IMG/VR virus record: IMGVR_UViG_3300021963_006415
Coordinates: 28,632 to 92,631 of that record
Direction: 5' to 3' (one strand)
Source of the DNA: a virus
DNA length: 64,000 nt
The notes beneath the pieces were generated by a model. The model worked only from the letters and a program-made list of their open reading frames with translations. It made no database searches and was not told the DNA's origin. Both the position numbers and the translations under genes were made by a program. Shown here in pieces: positions 31,101-40,599 of this stretch. The stretch's first letter is position 1. Every line of letters starts with the position of its first letter.

Positions 31101-33373
31101 AAGTTATTCCATAGATAGTCCGAACCGCTAGCATATTCCACATTTAATTCATCGGTATTTATTAAAGATGATGTTAGGTATGTGGAAACTAATTGAGCCG
31201 ATGATGTTGAACCACTTAATATAAGATTATCCAATGATTCATAAGTAGTAGATTGACCACTTACAAAATCAGCATCAATATTAAAATTTGGTCCCTTTAT
31301 TGGAGGGCATTTAACATCATCTTGCTCTGTAAGAACTATTGTTTCAATTAGTGGATTGGACATTAATTTGGTAATCCACAATGTAGAATTTACAGAAATG
31401 TTAGGATTTAAAGGCGTGTATAATTTAAGAATTAAAGAATCTACTTCATTAGTTATCTTTACGTTTCCTATTTCATCTGTTTCTTTTTTCGATAAAGTCC
31501 AATTATCATTTTCCCAAGAAGAAATTAATATCTGCTCATCGTTACCAAAATTTGTTAAATGAGATAAATACTTATTTTCTTTTTCGGGTTCGATTACACT
31601 TAATTTTTCTGCAAAAGCATCAAATATAACAGTTGAGAATATATTTTCATCAAATTGAAATGCAGGTAATCCTAAAGTAGTTATTACCTCATATTCGTTA
31701 CCAATAAGTTCTTCGGCACCACCTCTATTAAATGGTTTAAATACTAAAGTTACGTTATCGCTTCCTGTCCAATTTGGAAACTTTTCTCTTAGAGTTTTTA
31801 AGTTTATTAAAACTTCTCCATTTGGATTTAAGTTTTTAAATAAACCTATTCTTCTTTTATCTTTTAGTAATAAATCTACATCAATAGTTGTTGTTGAAAA
31901 CGATGTATATTCTACTTTGTATTCTATATTAAAATCTGAAAACGATGGTACATCTATGTTTTGTGGAAAATTTATTTCTGTAATTGATGGAAAATCGTTT
32001 ACAGAATTAAAAGTAATTATTGAAGTAGCAGAATCACCTGTTCCGTATTTATCACTTTTAGCTAATAATACTACTTTTTTACTTCCGTAAATTTCACCAA
32101 AATCTTTTTTAAATGATAGTGTTATATATTCATTAGATGCTGGTATTGTTATTACTTCATCATTTCCATTAATGTAAATTAATATATTATCAGCGTTTTG
32201 CGTTTTAAATGGAATAGAAATAGTTTTATCATCATCCGATTCTTTTACTTGGACAGATATTTGTTTATATACATCATTTATTTCAATAGAAGGTCTTTCT
32301 ACTTGTATTTCTTTTTCAAAAAGAGTTACAACCGATATGCCTGTTTTTAAAGATTGACCTGGTACACTAAAAACAGATGATTGACTAGTCCATTTACTAT
32401 AATCAGAATCGTTTACCCCAGCTAATGCTGATGGGTTTGATGTTTGATATATGTTCTTTAAAAAATAGTTAGATGGTAAATTGTTGTATCTTATTTTAAA
32501 ATCAACCCTACTATTATTTAAAGTATTTAAATCTATTTGTTTTATAGTATTTCCCGTCTCTAAATCAATAGAACCTTCTCCTATTATATTGCCATTTGAA
32601 GAAAATATTGTATAATCTAATATTACATTTTTTCCTAATTCATTTTTTAAATTAGAAGAAAATCCAATTTCATATTCAACCATTTGTTGGGTTGGAGTTA
32701 TTTGGTCTATTGGATTTACAACATCAATCGGAAAGTTTTTTTGTATAGGTTTTAATGTAAACGTTAATGGAACGCTACCAAAATTAAATGTTCTACTATC
32801 GGCAAATTGATATGTACCATCCGATTGTAATTGCCACTCTCTTAATGTTAATATTTCAGAGTAACTATAATCGATGGCTGTTACGTTTGGTGTTATATTA
32901 TAGTTAAATCCATAGTAACCATAATCATATCTGTTATAACCATAAAAATCATAATTTGTTGGTTGATATGTGTTATAGTATGTATAATTTTGTGGTTGAT
33001 ATGTCTTTGTTACTTCTACCTCAAAATATTGATTTGGTAAAGTACCCTCTTTTCTAACCTCATATCTTTTAATACCATTAAATGTACTAGATGGAGAATA
33101 TGTTATAGTATTTGAAATACCATATCCTTTGTTTATACCATTTTCTAAAAATTCTACTTCACCACTATTTGATAATAGAGTTATTGTTATAGAATTATTA
33201 GTTATTTGATTTGTATAATTAGTTGGTACATACGTTGGATTTGGGGTAACAGGTGGTACATAACCTCCTCCACCTCCACCACCTCCATTTATAAAAGCAG
33301 TGTAATTACCATATCCATCATATGAATTCAAAGTTGGTTCTCCACCAAATATATTTTCTAATGCTGCTATCAC
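28196..33373 (-). CDS. Large baseplate wedge/tail protein (P2 gpI/T4 gp7-like segment plus LamG-like domain)
   Basis: 1725 aa; LPYLLKHKGTRRGIYALLSCYG; DEFRLWSTPL; lies in the baseplate module. Confidence 0.7.
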   Translation of the reverse strand: MIAALENIFGGEPTLNSYDGYGNYTAFINGGGGGGGGYVPPVTPNPTYVPTNYTNQITNNSITITLLSNSGEVEFLENGINKGYGISNTITYSPSSTFNGIKRYEVRKEGTLPNQYFEVEVTKTYQPQNYTYYNTYQPTNYDFYGYNRYDYGYYGFNYNITPNVTAIDYSYSEILTLREWQLQSDGTYQFADSRTFNFGSVPLTFTLKPIQKNFPIDVVNPIDQITPTQQMVEYEIGFSSNLKNELGKNVILDYTIFSSNGNIIGEGSIDLETGNTIKQIDLNTLNNSRVDFKIRYNNLPSNYFLKNIYQTSNPSALAGVNDSDYSKWTSQSSVFSVPGQSLKTGISVVTLFEKEIQVERPSIEINDVYKQISVQVKESDDDKTISIPFKTQNADNILIYINGNDEVITIPASNEYITLSFKKDFGEIYGSKKVVLLAKSDKYGTGDSATSIITFNSVNDFPSITEINFPQNIDVPSFSDFNIEYKVEYTSFSTTTIDVDLLLKDKRRIGLFKNLNPNGEVLINLKTLREKFPNWTGSDNVTLVFKPFNRGGAEELIGNEYEVITTLGLPAFQFDENIFSTVIFDAFAEKLSVIEPEKENKYLSHLTNFGNDEQILISSWENDNWTLSKKETDEIGNVKITNEVDSLILKLYTPLNPNISVNSTLWITKLMSNPLIETIVLTEQDDVKCPPIKGPNFNIDADFVSGQSTTYESLDNLILSGSTSSAQLVSTYLTSSLINTDELNVEYASGSDYLWNNFVHFSSAKERVDNFVYKVQLIEVYETAFNNTYLTGSAPLSGSHTGSISAIQERQRQQSKKDTLIAGFDGFEKFLYESSSMGWPYNGNIRLSSSDTASVTPWYDNIITLAEDFDIENPNYVLNNIPEYIVNNEINDQFTLFFTMVGQHFDNIYFHTKAIERSRGLGYKAKDGVSDKLLFDILKSFNWDAKNLAADSKLWEYAFGIDVDGNIKNENPAKQRTYEVWRRIVNNLPYLLKHKGTRRGIYALLSCYGIPSSNLSILEFGGPEVSEVGKSKLVFDNLTYGLKMNNGSYISIDWLNTNQNRKPDTIEFFVKPSVAGEYNIVSGSGWGVHISGSTNQNYGRVILNYSGSNAISSSLLPIFNGRFFGVEVSREVSSSYHNFELNLRQADKDRTIFEDSKTISVLATNSNWNNGSNIRFGNDFVGTTDEFRLWSTPLNKERFYEHVSFPEMINGNHISSSTDDLHFRLDFEYPKDLSVFQTLPNVDTNIYFAEGSDRAAYESGSSTDLYSINPSASFSASVAGFNAQPNYPYQFEAIDRSVVLEVPDMGSSRYSTNKVRFEEQTLVSDLSSKGRATKKAFDQSPTDSNRVGLFFSPTKELNIDIAKSFGGINLDNYIGDPSDRYKDSYRNLDKLRHYYFQRFDGRDIYSYINLIKLYEKSMFEDIKKMLPARVKASTGLLIEPHILERSKHQYSKPVGEHNNYESVIQYGNELLSAEYTQYDVVLDTESEYSLIGENNQYTSTIQSASAAILDGESYQHISTIDAKEFSILEGNSYQYTASIGSMFNEPTILTEIDLINSSVVVGQSDYENVGFGIYAQSGSAIRTYYDKDGNLKKERVRVQIIKETKTREYVYLTGSVGVSGLYNKIGTDTYIETKLNIQPFSGSHQFTSSNANMEVIPLNGYLKTHYRNTSDLTRGLQNSFYNGSKNTAATTLDGTPPVETFLTNPNTLRVNKAGRDASEPILEVE

Positions 33374-33387
33374 TCTTTATTGTTTAT

Positions 33388-33396
33388 TATAAATAT
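33388..33396 (-). promoter_or_regulatory. Putative late-promoter motif ATATTTATA
   Basis: Upstream of the 33373 start. Confidence 0.6.
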
Positions 33397-33397
33397 C

Positions 33398-34774
33398 CTA
33401 TTGTATGTTTTCTCTTTGAAGCATATCTCTTTCAAATACTTGCTCTCTACCATATCCAGTTCCTAAATCTCTTTCTATATAGCCGCCGCCTCCGCCACCG
33501 CCGCTATAAGATGGAGTATCTGCTATCGGAGTTTTTATTGGGTCCTCTAATATGGGCTCTTCTTTTACAGGTTCTATTTTAATAATAGGGTCTGGTTCTA
33601 TTACTAAAATTGGTCTTGGTTTGATTGGCTCTATTTTAATAGGTTCAGGTTCTGCGGGTGGCGCTGGTGGTAAATCAACCGGCGGAATAACCTCTTTCGG
33701 TTGTTCTATAATATCAATTGGTTGTTCTACTTTTACATTATATATTTTACTACCTTTGATATTTAATTCTACTTTTTCAGGATTATATACATTCCTTACT
33801 CTATTTTCTTCAATTTTTATTTCACCAACTAAATCTTTAACTTCTTTTTTAAGTTCAGTAATTTCAAACTCTTTAGGAAGTGTTTTTATAGTAATATCTC
33901 TTCTTTTTAATGTTTTTGTATGATAATCTATACAATTTCTTAATATAGAGTTTATTTCACTCAATAATCTACTAAATTCATATTGTTCACAATCTTCAAA
34001 TCTAATTGCAGATGGTTTTCCAAAATTAGATTCTGAAACATTATAATTTTTATTGTTTACCCAATATGTTACACTATCTTTAAAATCAGAAAATATTCTT
34101 TTTTTAAATCCATCAAAATCAGATAAACCAAAATCTTTTTTAAGAATTGCAAAGAAATCTTTTCCGAATCTAGCAATCATAGCATCGGTGATTGATTCTA
34201 AATATGTAACTTCAAATGAATCCAATGCATCTAATATATTTTTTTTGTAATATTTAAAATCTTTATTTAGGTTATTTATATTTTTAAATTCTAATTCTAT
34301 TCTTTTATTAACAGTCGAATCACTTGTTTTTAATGGTAATACTCTTATCTCTTCTCTTGAGGGGGATATTTCTTGTATCCAAACTCTACTTAATTCATTA
34401 TCATTACCAACTCTATTTCTTACAAAGTTTATTATAACTTTAAGAATACCATTTGTAAATCCTAAGTCATTTAATAATTTTTCAATATCAATTGCTAATT
34501 CTTTTTGACCACCTTTGTTTGTAAGGTTATATAAATAATTTTTAATATCGCCTGTTTTTATGTAAGCAACATTATTACCCGTTTTGTGTGGAAGTAAATT
34601 GTTATTAATATCATAAACAGATACTTCCATAACATCGTATTTACAATCACCAAAATCGGTTTCTTCAACTTCATTTTTTGTGACAATAAATTTGTCATCC
34701 TTCATCAAAAATTCACCTTGATTGGATTTATTTATGTCGATTGAATCGAAGTTTGTATATTTTGTAATACTCAT
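33398..34774 (-). CDS. Putative structural protein with Pro-rich and Gly-run C-terminus
   Basis: IQEISPSREEIR; PPVDLPPAPPAEPEP; SGGGGGGG. Confidence 0.55.
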   Translation of the reverse strand: MSITKYTNFDSIDINKSNQGEFLMKDDKFIVTKNEVEETDFGDCKYDVMEVSVYDINNNLLPHKTGNNVAYIKTGDIKNYLYNLTNKGGQKELAIDIEKLLNDLGFTNGILKVIINFVRNRVGNDNELSRVWIQEISPSREEIRVLPLKTSDSTVNKRIELEFKNINNLNKDFKYYKKNILDALDSFEVTYLESITDAMIARFGKDFFAILKKDFGLSDFDGFKKRIFSDFKDSVTYWVNNKNYNVSESNFGKPSAIRFEDCEQYEFSRLLSEINSILRNCIDYHTKTLKRRDITIKTLPKEFEITELKKEVKDLVGEIKIEENRVRNVYNPEKVELNIKGSKIYNVKVEQPIDIIEQPKEVIPPVDLPPAPPAEPEPIKIEPIKPRPILVIEPDPIIKIEPVKEEPILEDPIKTPIADTPSYSGGGGGGGYIERDLGTGYGREQVFERDMLQRENIQ

Positions 34775-34784
34775 AATTTATTTA

Positions 34785-35936
34785 TTAATATGAATTAGGA
34801 TGGTATTTACCAAAACCGGCATCATAAGTTTTTTCTTTGGATGTACCATCGGCACGTGTAATAGTTACTTTCAATGAACCACCTTTATAATCTTTTGAAT
34901 GCGTATGCCCTCCAAATAATCCACCCTTCTTTCTAGCATCTAAATCACCAACACTATTTTCTGTTAGTGAAAATTCAATTGATTTGTTTTCGCCAGGAGC
35001 CATTGTGAATGATGTTGATGGTATTGAATAAAAATCTCTACCACCTTCCGGATTAGTTTTTGTTATTTTAACTGTTATTTCCTTTTTATCATTATTTGTT
35101 ATACTTAATGATTTTCCGTTTTTCCATTGTGAACCACCGCCCGATTTGAATCTAGCCCATATCTTTGGTGCATTAGTATCTTCTTCAGGTTCTAACTTAA
35201 CAATAGCAACTTCATTTATAACATCAGCTCCAGCAGCTTGTGCCTGTGCCTGTGTACCTTGTACAATTGCCTGTTGGTTTTGTACTGCTCCCAATTGAGA
35301 TTGTAATCCTTCAACAATTGAATTCAATGAATCGATTTGTTTAATCAATGCTTGAATCTGAGCTTTAAATCCTGTATTTTGTGATTGAAGTGATGCTCTT
35401 AAAATACCTTCTTCTACTGATTTTTGTAATGACGTTTGAATTTGTATTGTGAAATCATCAATCGTTTGTGTTAGAGTATTTAATTGATTAACTAAAGCAT
35501 CGTTTGTTTGTTCGATATTTAATCTATTATCCGTTTCACTTTTCAAATTAACTTCTAAATCAGATACCTTTTGTGTTAAATCTTCAATTTGTTTAGTTAA
35601 ATTTTCGTTTTCTTTTCTTAAATCAGCATTATTATTAACCTCTTCATCATATAATGGTTTCGGTACTAAATCTAAATTTGGTTTTGGAATATCAGGTCTA
35701 AGTTCTTTAACTTCAACATTTATAGCTTTTTTAAGTTCTACCTCATCATACTTTGGCTTTACTAAAGTTTTAAATGCTAATGATGATGCTACATTATTTT
35801 CATCAACAACAGTTATACCATATTCATTTCTCGCAATAGCAGCAGAACCAGATACCTTTAATATGGTTTCTAATTCAGATTTTCTTTTTTCTTCTAGCTT
35901 TTGTGCTATTGTTTCCAATGGTGTTAATCCGTTCAT
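34785..35936 (-). CDS. Coiled-coil putative structural protein
   Basis: Long Q/L/E heptad region followed by a beta-rich C-terminus. Confidence 0.55.
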   Translation of the reverse strand: MNGLTPLETIAQKLEEKRKSELETILKVSGSAAIARNEYGITVVDENNVASSLAFKTLVKPKYDEVELKKAINVEVKELRPDIPKPNLDLVPKPLYDEEVNNNADLRKENENLTKQIEDLTQKVSDLEVNLKSETDNRLNIEQTNDALVNQLNTLTQTIDDFTIQIQTSLQKSVEEGILRASLQSQNTGFKAQIQALIKQIDSLNSIVEGLQSQLGAVQNQQAIVQGTQAQAQAAGADVINEVAIVKLEPEEDTNAPKIWARFKSGGGSQWKNGKSLSITNNDKKEITVKITKTNPEGGRDFYSIPSTSFTMAPGENKSIEFSLTENSVGDLDARKKGGLFGGHTHSKDYKGGSLKVTITRADGTSKEKTYDAGFGKYHPNSY

Positions 35937-35938
35937 TA

Positions 35939-37024
35939 TTATTCTATTTCAAATATAAACCTATCATCTATTACAGTAGATATACCATCTTCAACTATTT
36001 TAATTTTCAATCTATAAGCTCTATTTATTGGTAAAGTTGATAAATTCATTTTAAAATAGTTACTCTCATTATCACAACTAACTTTTGTATATTCTCCAAA
36101 TGGAAATATAATATCGCCGGTTTTGTAATCTTCTAACTGATAATATGTTGTAGTTGGTAAATATTTAGTTTGTGCGTATTCGAATGTAATTCCAAAAGAT
36201 TTTAAAGGATAAGTATCTCTACCTTTTAATCTTACTTTAATAATAGAATTGGTTGGATATTTAGATTTTAAATTTGTAATTATAACTTTATAATCATCAT
36301 CTGAAGCAGAACCTGTTACAGGAGATAAATTACCTGTTGATATTATTTGGTCATTCCAAACTAATTCTAATTTTGGTTCGTATATGGTATTGGTTTCTTT
36401 TGAAAAGAATTTTAATACACCATAATCATTTGTATTTGATTCGCTTTCTAAACTATGATGAATGATGAATCCATTATTTGGTATAGAACCACTATTCCAA
36501 AGTTTAATTATTTCGGTAACATTCATTCTAACATCTGATTCTTCATAATTAAATGATTGAGATGCTTGAGATGCGGTGTACCAAGTACCACCCTCTGCGT
36601 TTGCAGAACCTGTTGTTCCAGTTGTAAATACAGCAGTACCACCTATTACATTATCCTGCCAAGTATTAATACCATCTCTATATTTCCAACTAACACCATC
36701 TGATGTTACATTATCAAATTTGGTACCAGTTCCCATTGTCCAACTTTGAGAAACTGCATTTGTATAGATTGTGTATTCTAATGGAATTTCTTCAGCTTGT
36801 ACTGATTTTAAGTTTAAATAAGCTTTCCAACTTCCACTAACTTCTCCATTTGCTATTGAAGCAGAAATTGAAGATACATCAAACTTAATTAAGGCTCTAC
36901 ATACTTCTCTATTATCACCATAGTATAGTTTGCCAACTTCTAATACTTCATCTCTACCCGAATTTTGGTCGGGTTGTTGAAGATATACGCTTGCATCAAA
37001 AGATGCTGTAAAAAATCTAATCAT
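35939..37024 (-). CDS. DNRLRE/CBM96-like virion protein
   Basis: DASVY...PDQNSG...LEVG...RALIKFD...FFSKE...PKLEL. Confidence 0.6.
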   Translation of the reverse strand: MIRFFTASFDASVYLQQPDQNSGRDEVLEVGKLYYGDNREVCRALIKFDVSSISASIANGEVSGSWKAYLNLKSVQAEEIPLEYTIYTNAVSQSWTMGTGTKFDNVTSDGVSWKYRDGINTWQDNVIGGTAVFTTGTTGSANAEGGTWYTASQASQSFNYEESDVRMNVTEIIKLWNSGSIPNNGFIIHHSLESESNTNDYGVLKFFSKETNTIYEPKLELVWNDQIISTGNLSPVTGSASDDDYKVIITNLKSKYPTNSIIKVRLKGRDTYPLKSFGITFEYAQTKYLPTTTYYQLEDYKTGDIIFPFGEYTKVSCDNESNYFKMNLSTLPINRAYRLKIKIVEDGISTVIDDRFIFEIE

Positions 37025-39045
37025 TATAATGCCCTACCTTTTATGTCTTTATTTGGATATTTAACTTCAAATACACAAGGGTCTAAAGATGGATAAACTA
37101 TTTTACCTTTAGTAGCCTCATCTATATTATATTTGTTTGGTGAATAGTTTCCATCACCACCGCACAAATTATAAATTTTAACAGATGGTACACTCATCAC
37201 ACCTTCTACATTTGCTAATATTAATTCTATTTCTGAAATGTTGATTGGTTTGTTGAATGTCCACTTATCTATTTCAAAATATGATTGCAATTCAGTTAAA
37301 CAATTTGCAACTACTTCTCTTTTATTATAATTTGAATAGCAAATTACTTCAAAATCTAAACCTATATTTACTATAAAACCATCAATAATATTAACTGCAT
37401 CAGTTAACATTCTATATTCACCTAAATAAGTTTTTAGATTTTGTTTAACCGCCTGGTTTAATTGAGTTAGGTTTTTGTTACCATCATATCCTAAAACATA
37501 CATATTAATAGCAAATGGGTTATTTACTTCTGCTATTGCGGTTTTCTTTTGAGAAAGATATTTAACTAATTCTTTTTGAATTTCGCTTGTAGATTTATCC
37601 TTCATTCCCTCTACAACACCAACAAACTCTGCTATATTTTTTGGAGATGCAAGAATTGAAGAAGGTGAATTATTATCTATCTCACCATCTGGAGATACAT
37701 AAACTTTTGCAACACTTCCATATCTTTCAGGTAAAGATAATGCTCTTACAACATAATCTTCTCTAGTTACTGCTCTATTTTGAGAACCAAACATTGCTAA
37801 TGCGTTTTGTCTGATTTCCTCTATTGTTTCTGCTCCTCTACCACCAACCGCAGGTTCATCATTATTTACTGCAATCGAATCTTTCATAAATGAATACAAA
37901 CTTGGGTTTTCTACTGAAACCAAATCTTCTTCGTATTCTATTTTAACTATTCTATTTAATTCATTTGAATTTATATTAGATGAAACTCCACCACCTACTA
38001 AATATTTAACACTCAATGTTGTATTTGTTGGTACAACGCCAAACGTATTTGTTTTTAAAAAGTTTGATGGGTCTATTCCTTGATTTAATCTGTTTATTGA
38101 ATTGGCCAAACCCAATCCTACATTTTTTGTATTTGGAAGAATTATTTCATCTGCCATATTTGTATCACCACTACCGAATTGTAAATCTAAGGTATTATCT
38201 GAATTTACCTTTACGGCAAATCTATATGGTACTTTTTGTACCTCTAATATGTAAGGAACTACCGATGATGAAACGCTTAATTCTCCACCATTTGATTCTG
38301 TATTTGCCTTTTCAATAAATACACTTTCTTGTGCTAAATATGGAACTTCATACCACTTAGTTGAACCACCATCGGAAGTTACGGATGATATACCAATTAT
38401 ATTATCATCTGTTATAGTTACCTTTGGGTATTCTTGATATGTTGTAAATGCAAATGATTGTTCCTTTTCGGTTGCAGATATTGCTTTAACTTTTTTAGTT
38501 AATAAATAGAATGTTGGCTCTCCTGTTATAGGATTTCTTTCTTGTACATCAACTTCTCTGTCGGCTTTTAATGAAAAATCAACTACATCCGTTGTTCTAA
38601 AAATAATATTAGAATCAGTATTAGAAGAAATTTCCATACCTTCTTTTATTCTAAGACAATATGATTCATCGGGTATATTTGAGCTACCACTACCAATAGA
38701 TGGCACTTGTTGGTACACAGTTAATGTAGTTACTGCTGGTGTTGATATTTTTGGTTTATAGCCCATTGTTTGAGCTAATGCAACAACGTTCTTTCTTTCA
38801 GAAGCGTGTGCTAACATTGATTCTTTTAATTGTGTATCCTGATAAAAAGATAATACATCTCCAATAGCTGCAGCTTGTTCAATAAACACCATACCGGGAG
38901 ATGCTTCATTGAAATCCGAATAGGTATTTGGGAAATACGTTTTAGTGTATTCGATAAGGTTTTCTTTTAATGTAGCAAAATCCTTACCAACATAATTTAT
39001 GTTTCTACTACTACCAAAATTCTTATCTTTAGGTTTTATCGCCAT
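37024..39045 (-). CDS. Baseplate wedge subunit (T4 gp6/baseplate J-like)
   Basis: KDFATLKENL...DFNEASPG...LSFYQD...GYKP; GGRGAETIEEIR...QNRAVTREDY. Confidence 0.88.
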   Translation of the reverse strand: MAIKPKDKNFGSSRNINYVGKDFATLKENLIEYTKTYFPNTYSDFNEASPGMVFIEQAAAIGDVLSFYQDTQLKESMLAHASERKNVVALAQTMGYKPKISTPAVTTLTVYQQVPSIGSGSSNIPDESYCLRIKEGMEISSNTDSNIIFRTTDVVDFSLKADREVDVQERNPITGEPTFYLLTKKVKAISATEKEQSFAFTTYQEYPKVTITDDNIIGISSVTSDGGSTKWYEVPYLAQESVFIEKANTESNGGELSVSSSVVPYILEVQKVPYRFAVKVNSDNTLDLQFGSGDTNMADEIILPNTKNVGLGLANSINRLNQGIDPSNFLKTNTFGVVPTNTTLSVKYLVGGGVSSNINSNELNRIVKIEYEEDLVSVENPSLYSFMKDSIAVNNDEPAVGGRGAETIEEIRQNALAMFGSQNRAVTREDYVVRALSLPERYGSVAKVYVSPDGEIDNNSPSSILASPKNIAEFVGVVEGMKDKSTSEIQKELVKYLSQKKTAIAEVNNPFAINMYVLGYDGNKNLTQLNQAVKQNLKTYLGEYRMLTDAVNIIDGFIVNIGLDFEVICYSNYNKREVVANCLTELQSYFEIDKWTFNKPINISEIELILANVEGVMSVPSVKIYNLCGGDGNYSPNKYNIDEATKGKIVYPSLDPCVFEVKYPNKDIKGRAL

Positions 39046-39052
39046 TCTCTAA

Positions 39053-39487
39053 TTATTTTATGTCTATTATTACTGATGCTCCTACGTTGCTATTTGATTT
39101 TAATGAAAATTGTATTTCTAATTGTAATTTATTTGTATCAATATCATTTTCATCGTAATCAAACAATATGGTATCTATGTTTAAATATGGCAACCACGTA
39201 TTTACCGCATCTAATATAGATTGCTCAATCTTAGATTCTATATCCCCCTCTACAATTGGTTCAAATATTATTTTCCAAATATCACAACCAAATTCAGGCT
39301 GCATTAATCTTTCACCCTTTCTGGTTAGGATTAAGTTTTGTAAATTACTTTTTGCTTGATTAATAGATGTAAAGTTTACAGCGAACGCACCATTTGAAGT
39401 AGATGTTTCATTTATAGAAACACCAAGAACTTTATAGTCGTTCTCCTTTATATCCGTTACATTATATTTACCAAGCTCTATTGCCAT
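39053..39487 (-). CDS. Baseplate wedge subunit (T4 gp25/GPW-like)
   Basis: NLQNLILTRKGERLMQPEFGC...WLP. Confidence 0.9.
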   Translation of the reverse strand: MAIELGKYNVTDIKENDYKVLGVSINETSTSNGAFAVNFTSINQAKSNLQNLILTRKGERLMQPEFGCDIWKIIFEPIVEGDIESKIEQSILDAVNTWLPYLNIDTILFDYDENDIDTNKLQLEIQFSLKSNSNVGASVIIDIK

Positions 39488-40008
39488 TATTTAAATCTCT
39501 TTACTAATTCCGAATAATCTCTCGTTAATGCCTTTGCTAAAACATCCACACCAGCATTATCGGTTGATGGAATTTGATGTGATGGCATATTAGCATTTGA
39601 ATAACTTAATGTTTCCCAATCTTCTTCCATACTTCTTTCCGGCTGAATAGCATCTAAGATACTACCGCCACCCATACCCATTGAAGCAGCTGCTCCTTCT
39701 GCTCTATGTGCTGCAGTAAATGGTTGAGTCATATTTAAAATCTCATTTAAAACGGGATTCTTTGTAAACTCTCTTTGTGGTTGTGTTGGTGTAACCTTTC
39801 TACTATTTTGTAAAGCTTGATTTGCTTTTTCAAATGGGTCAATTTCGATTGCTTCTTTTAATGAAGGTGTTGTGGTTTTTGGTTTAGAGCTATTTAATGT
39901 AATAGCGCCACTTTTAACAAGTCTAACGATTTCTTCTTTAACCTGTTGTTTAACCTCATTTTTAACAACTTCTTTAATTAGACCCAATAATACATCTGAT
40001 TTTGACAT
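39487..40008 (-). CDS. Hypothetical protein
   Basis: 173-aa ORF; ATATTTAT at 40025..40032 upstream. Confidence 0.6.
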   Translation of the reverse strand: MSKSDVLLGLIKEVVKNEVKQQVKEEIVRLVKSGAITLNSSKPKTTTPSLKEAIEIDPFEKANQALQNSRKVTPTQPQREFTKNPVLNEILNMTQPFTAAHRAEGAAASMGMGGGSILDAIQPERSMEEDWETLSYSNANMPSHQIPSTDNAGVDVLAKALTRDYSELVKRFK

Positions 40009-40050
40009 AATAGATACTTTTTTAATAAATATTGAAATAGAAAATTTAAT

Positions 40051-40599
40051 TTAATCGGGCACTTTATATCCACTCCATTGAACAACACCTGGAGCAGGTG
40101 GAGATGGTGGTGGGTATTGTGCTAATACTGAATATATTCCCGATACACTCATTAAATGTAATTTAGCTGAACGTATGAATGCATCTAAAAATTGTTCAGG
40201 GTTATTGTTTGGTGGAACTTTTGTGGGAGTCCAAGTTCCTGGCTTTAGTACTACTCCCATTGTAGTTGCTATGTTTTTTATAGAACCGGGAGCGGGTATT
40301 GTTGGTGGTGGTAATGGTGACATTTTTCCACCTACCCAATATATTATAACTGCTGGTCCAACTACTTCTAAAAATGTAAGTACTTTTGCTTTTTGTGTTT
40401 GCTCTAAAAATTGAATGATTGCTTCTTGCATCAGAACGGGGTTTCCTTTCAATAATGGTACACCATTTATTGGGTCTTTACCTGATTTGATAGCTACATC
40501 ATATGCAAATGTAAATGCTTTTGCAAAATCACTAATACTCTGATAAGAGTTGTTTTGCATTTGTGGTAATAATGTCGATTTGAATGTTTTCCAAGACAT
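40051..40599 (-). CDS. Hypothetical baseplate-region protein
   Basis: Pro-rich 182-aa ORF coupled to the spike-like gene. Confidence 0.55.
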   Translation of the reverse strand: MSWKTFKSTLLPQMQNNSYQSISDFAKAFTFAYDVAIKSGKDPINGVPLLKGNPVLMQEAIIQFLEQTQKAKVLTFLEVVGPAVIIYWVGGKMSPLPPPTIPAPGSIKNIATTMGVVLKPGTWTPTKVPPNNNPEQFLDAFIRSAKLHLMSVSGIYSVLAQYPPPSPPAPGVVQWSGYKVPD

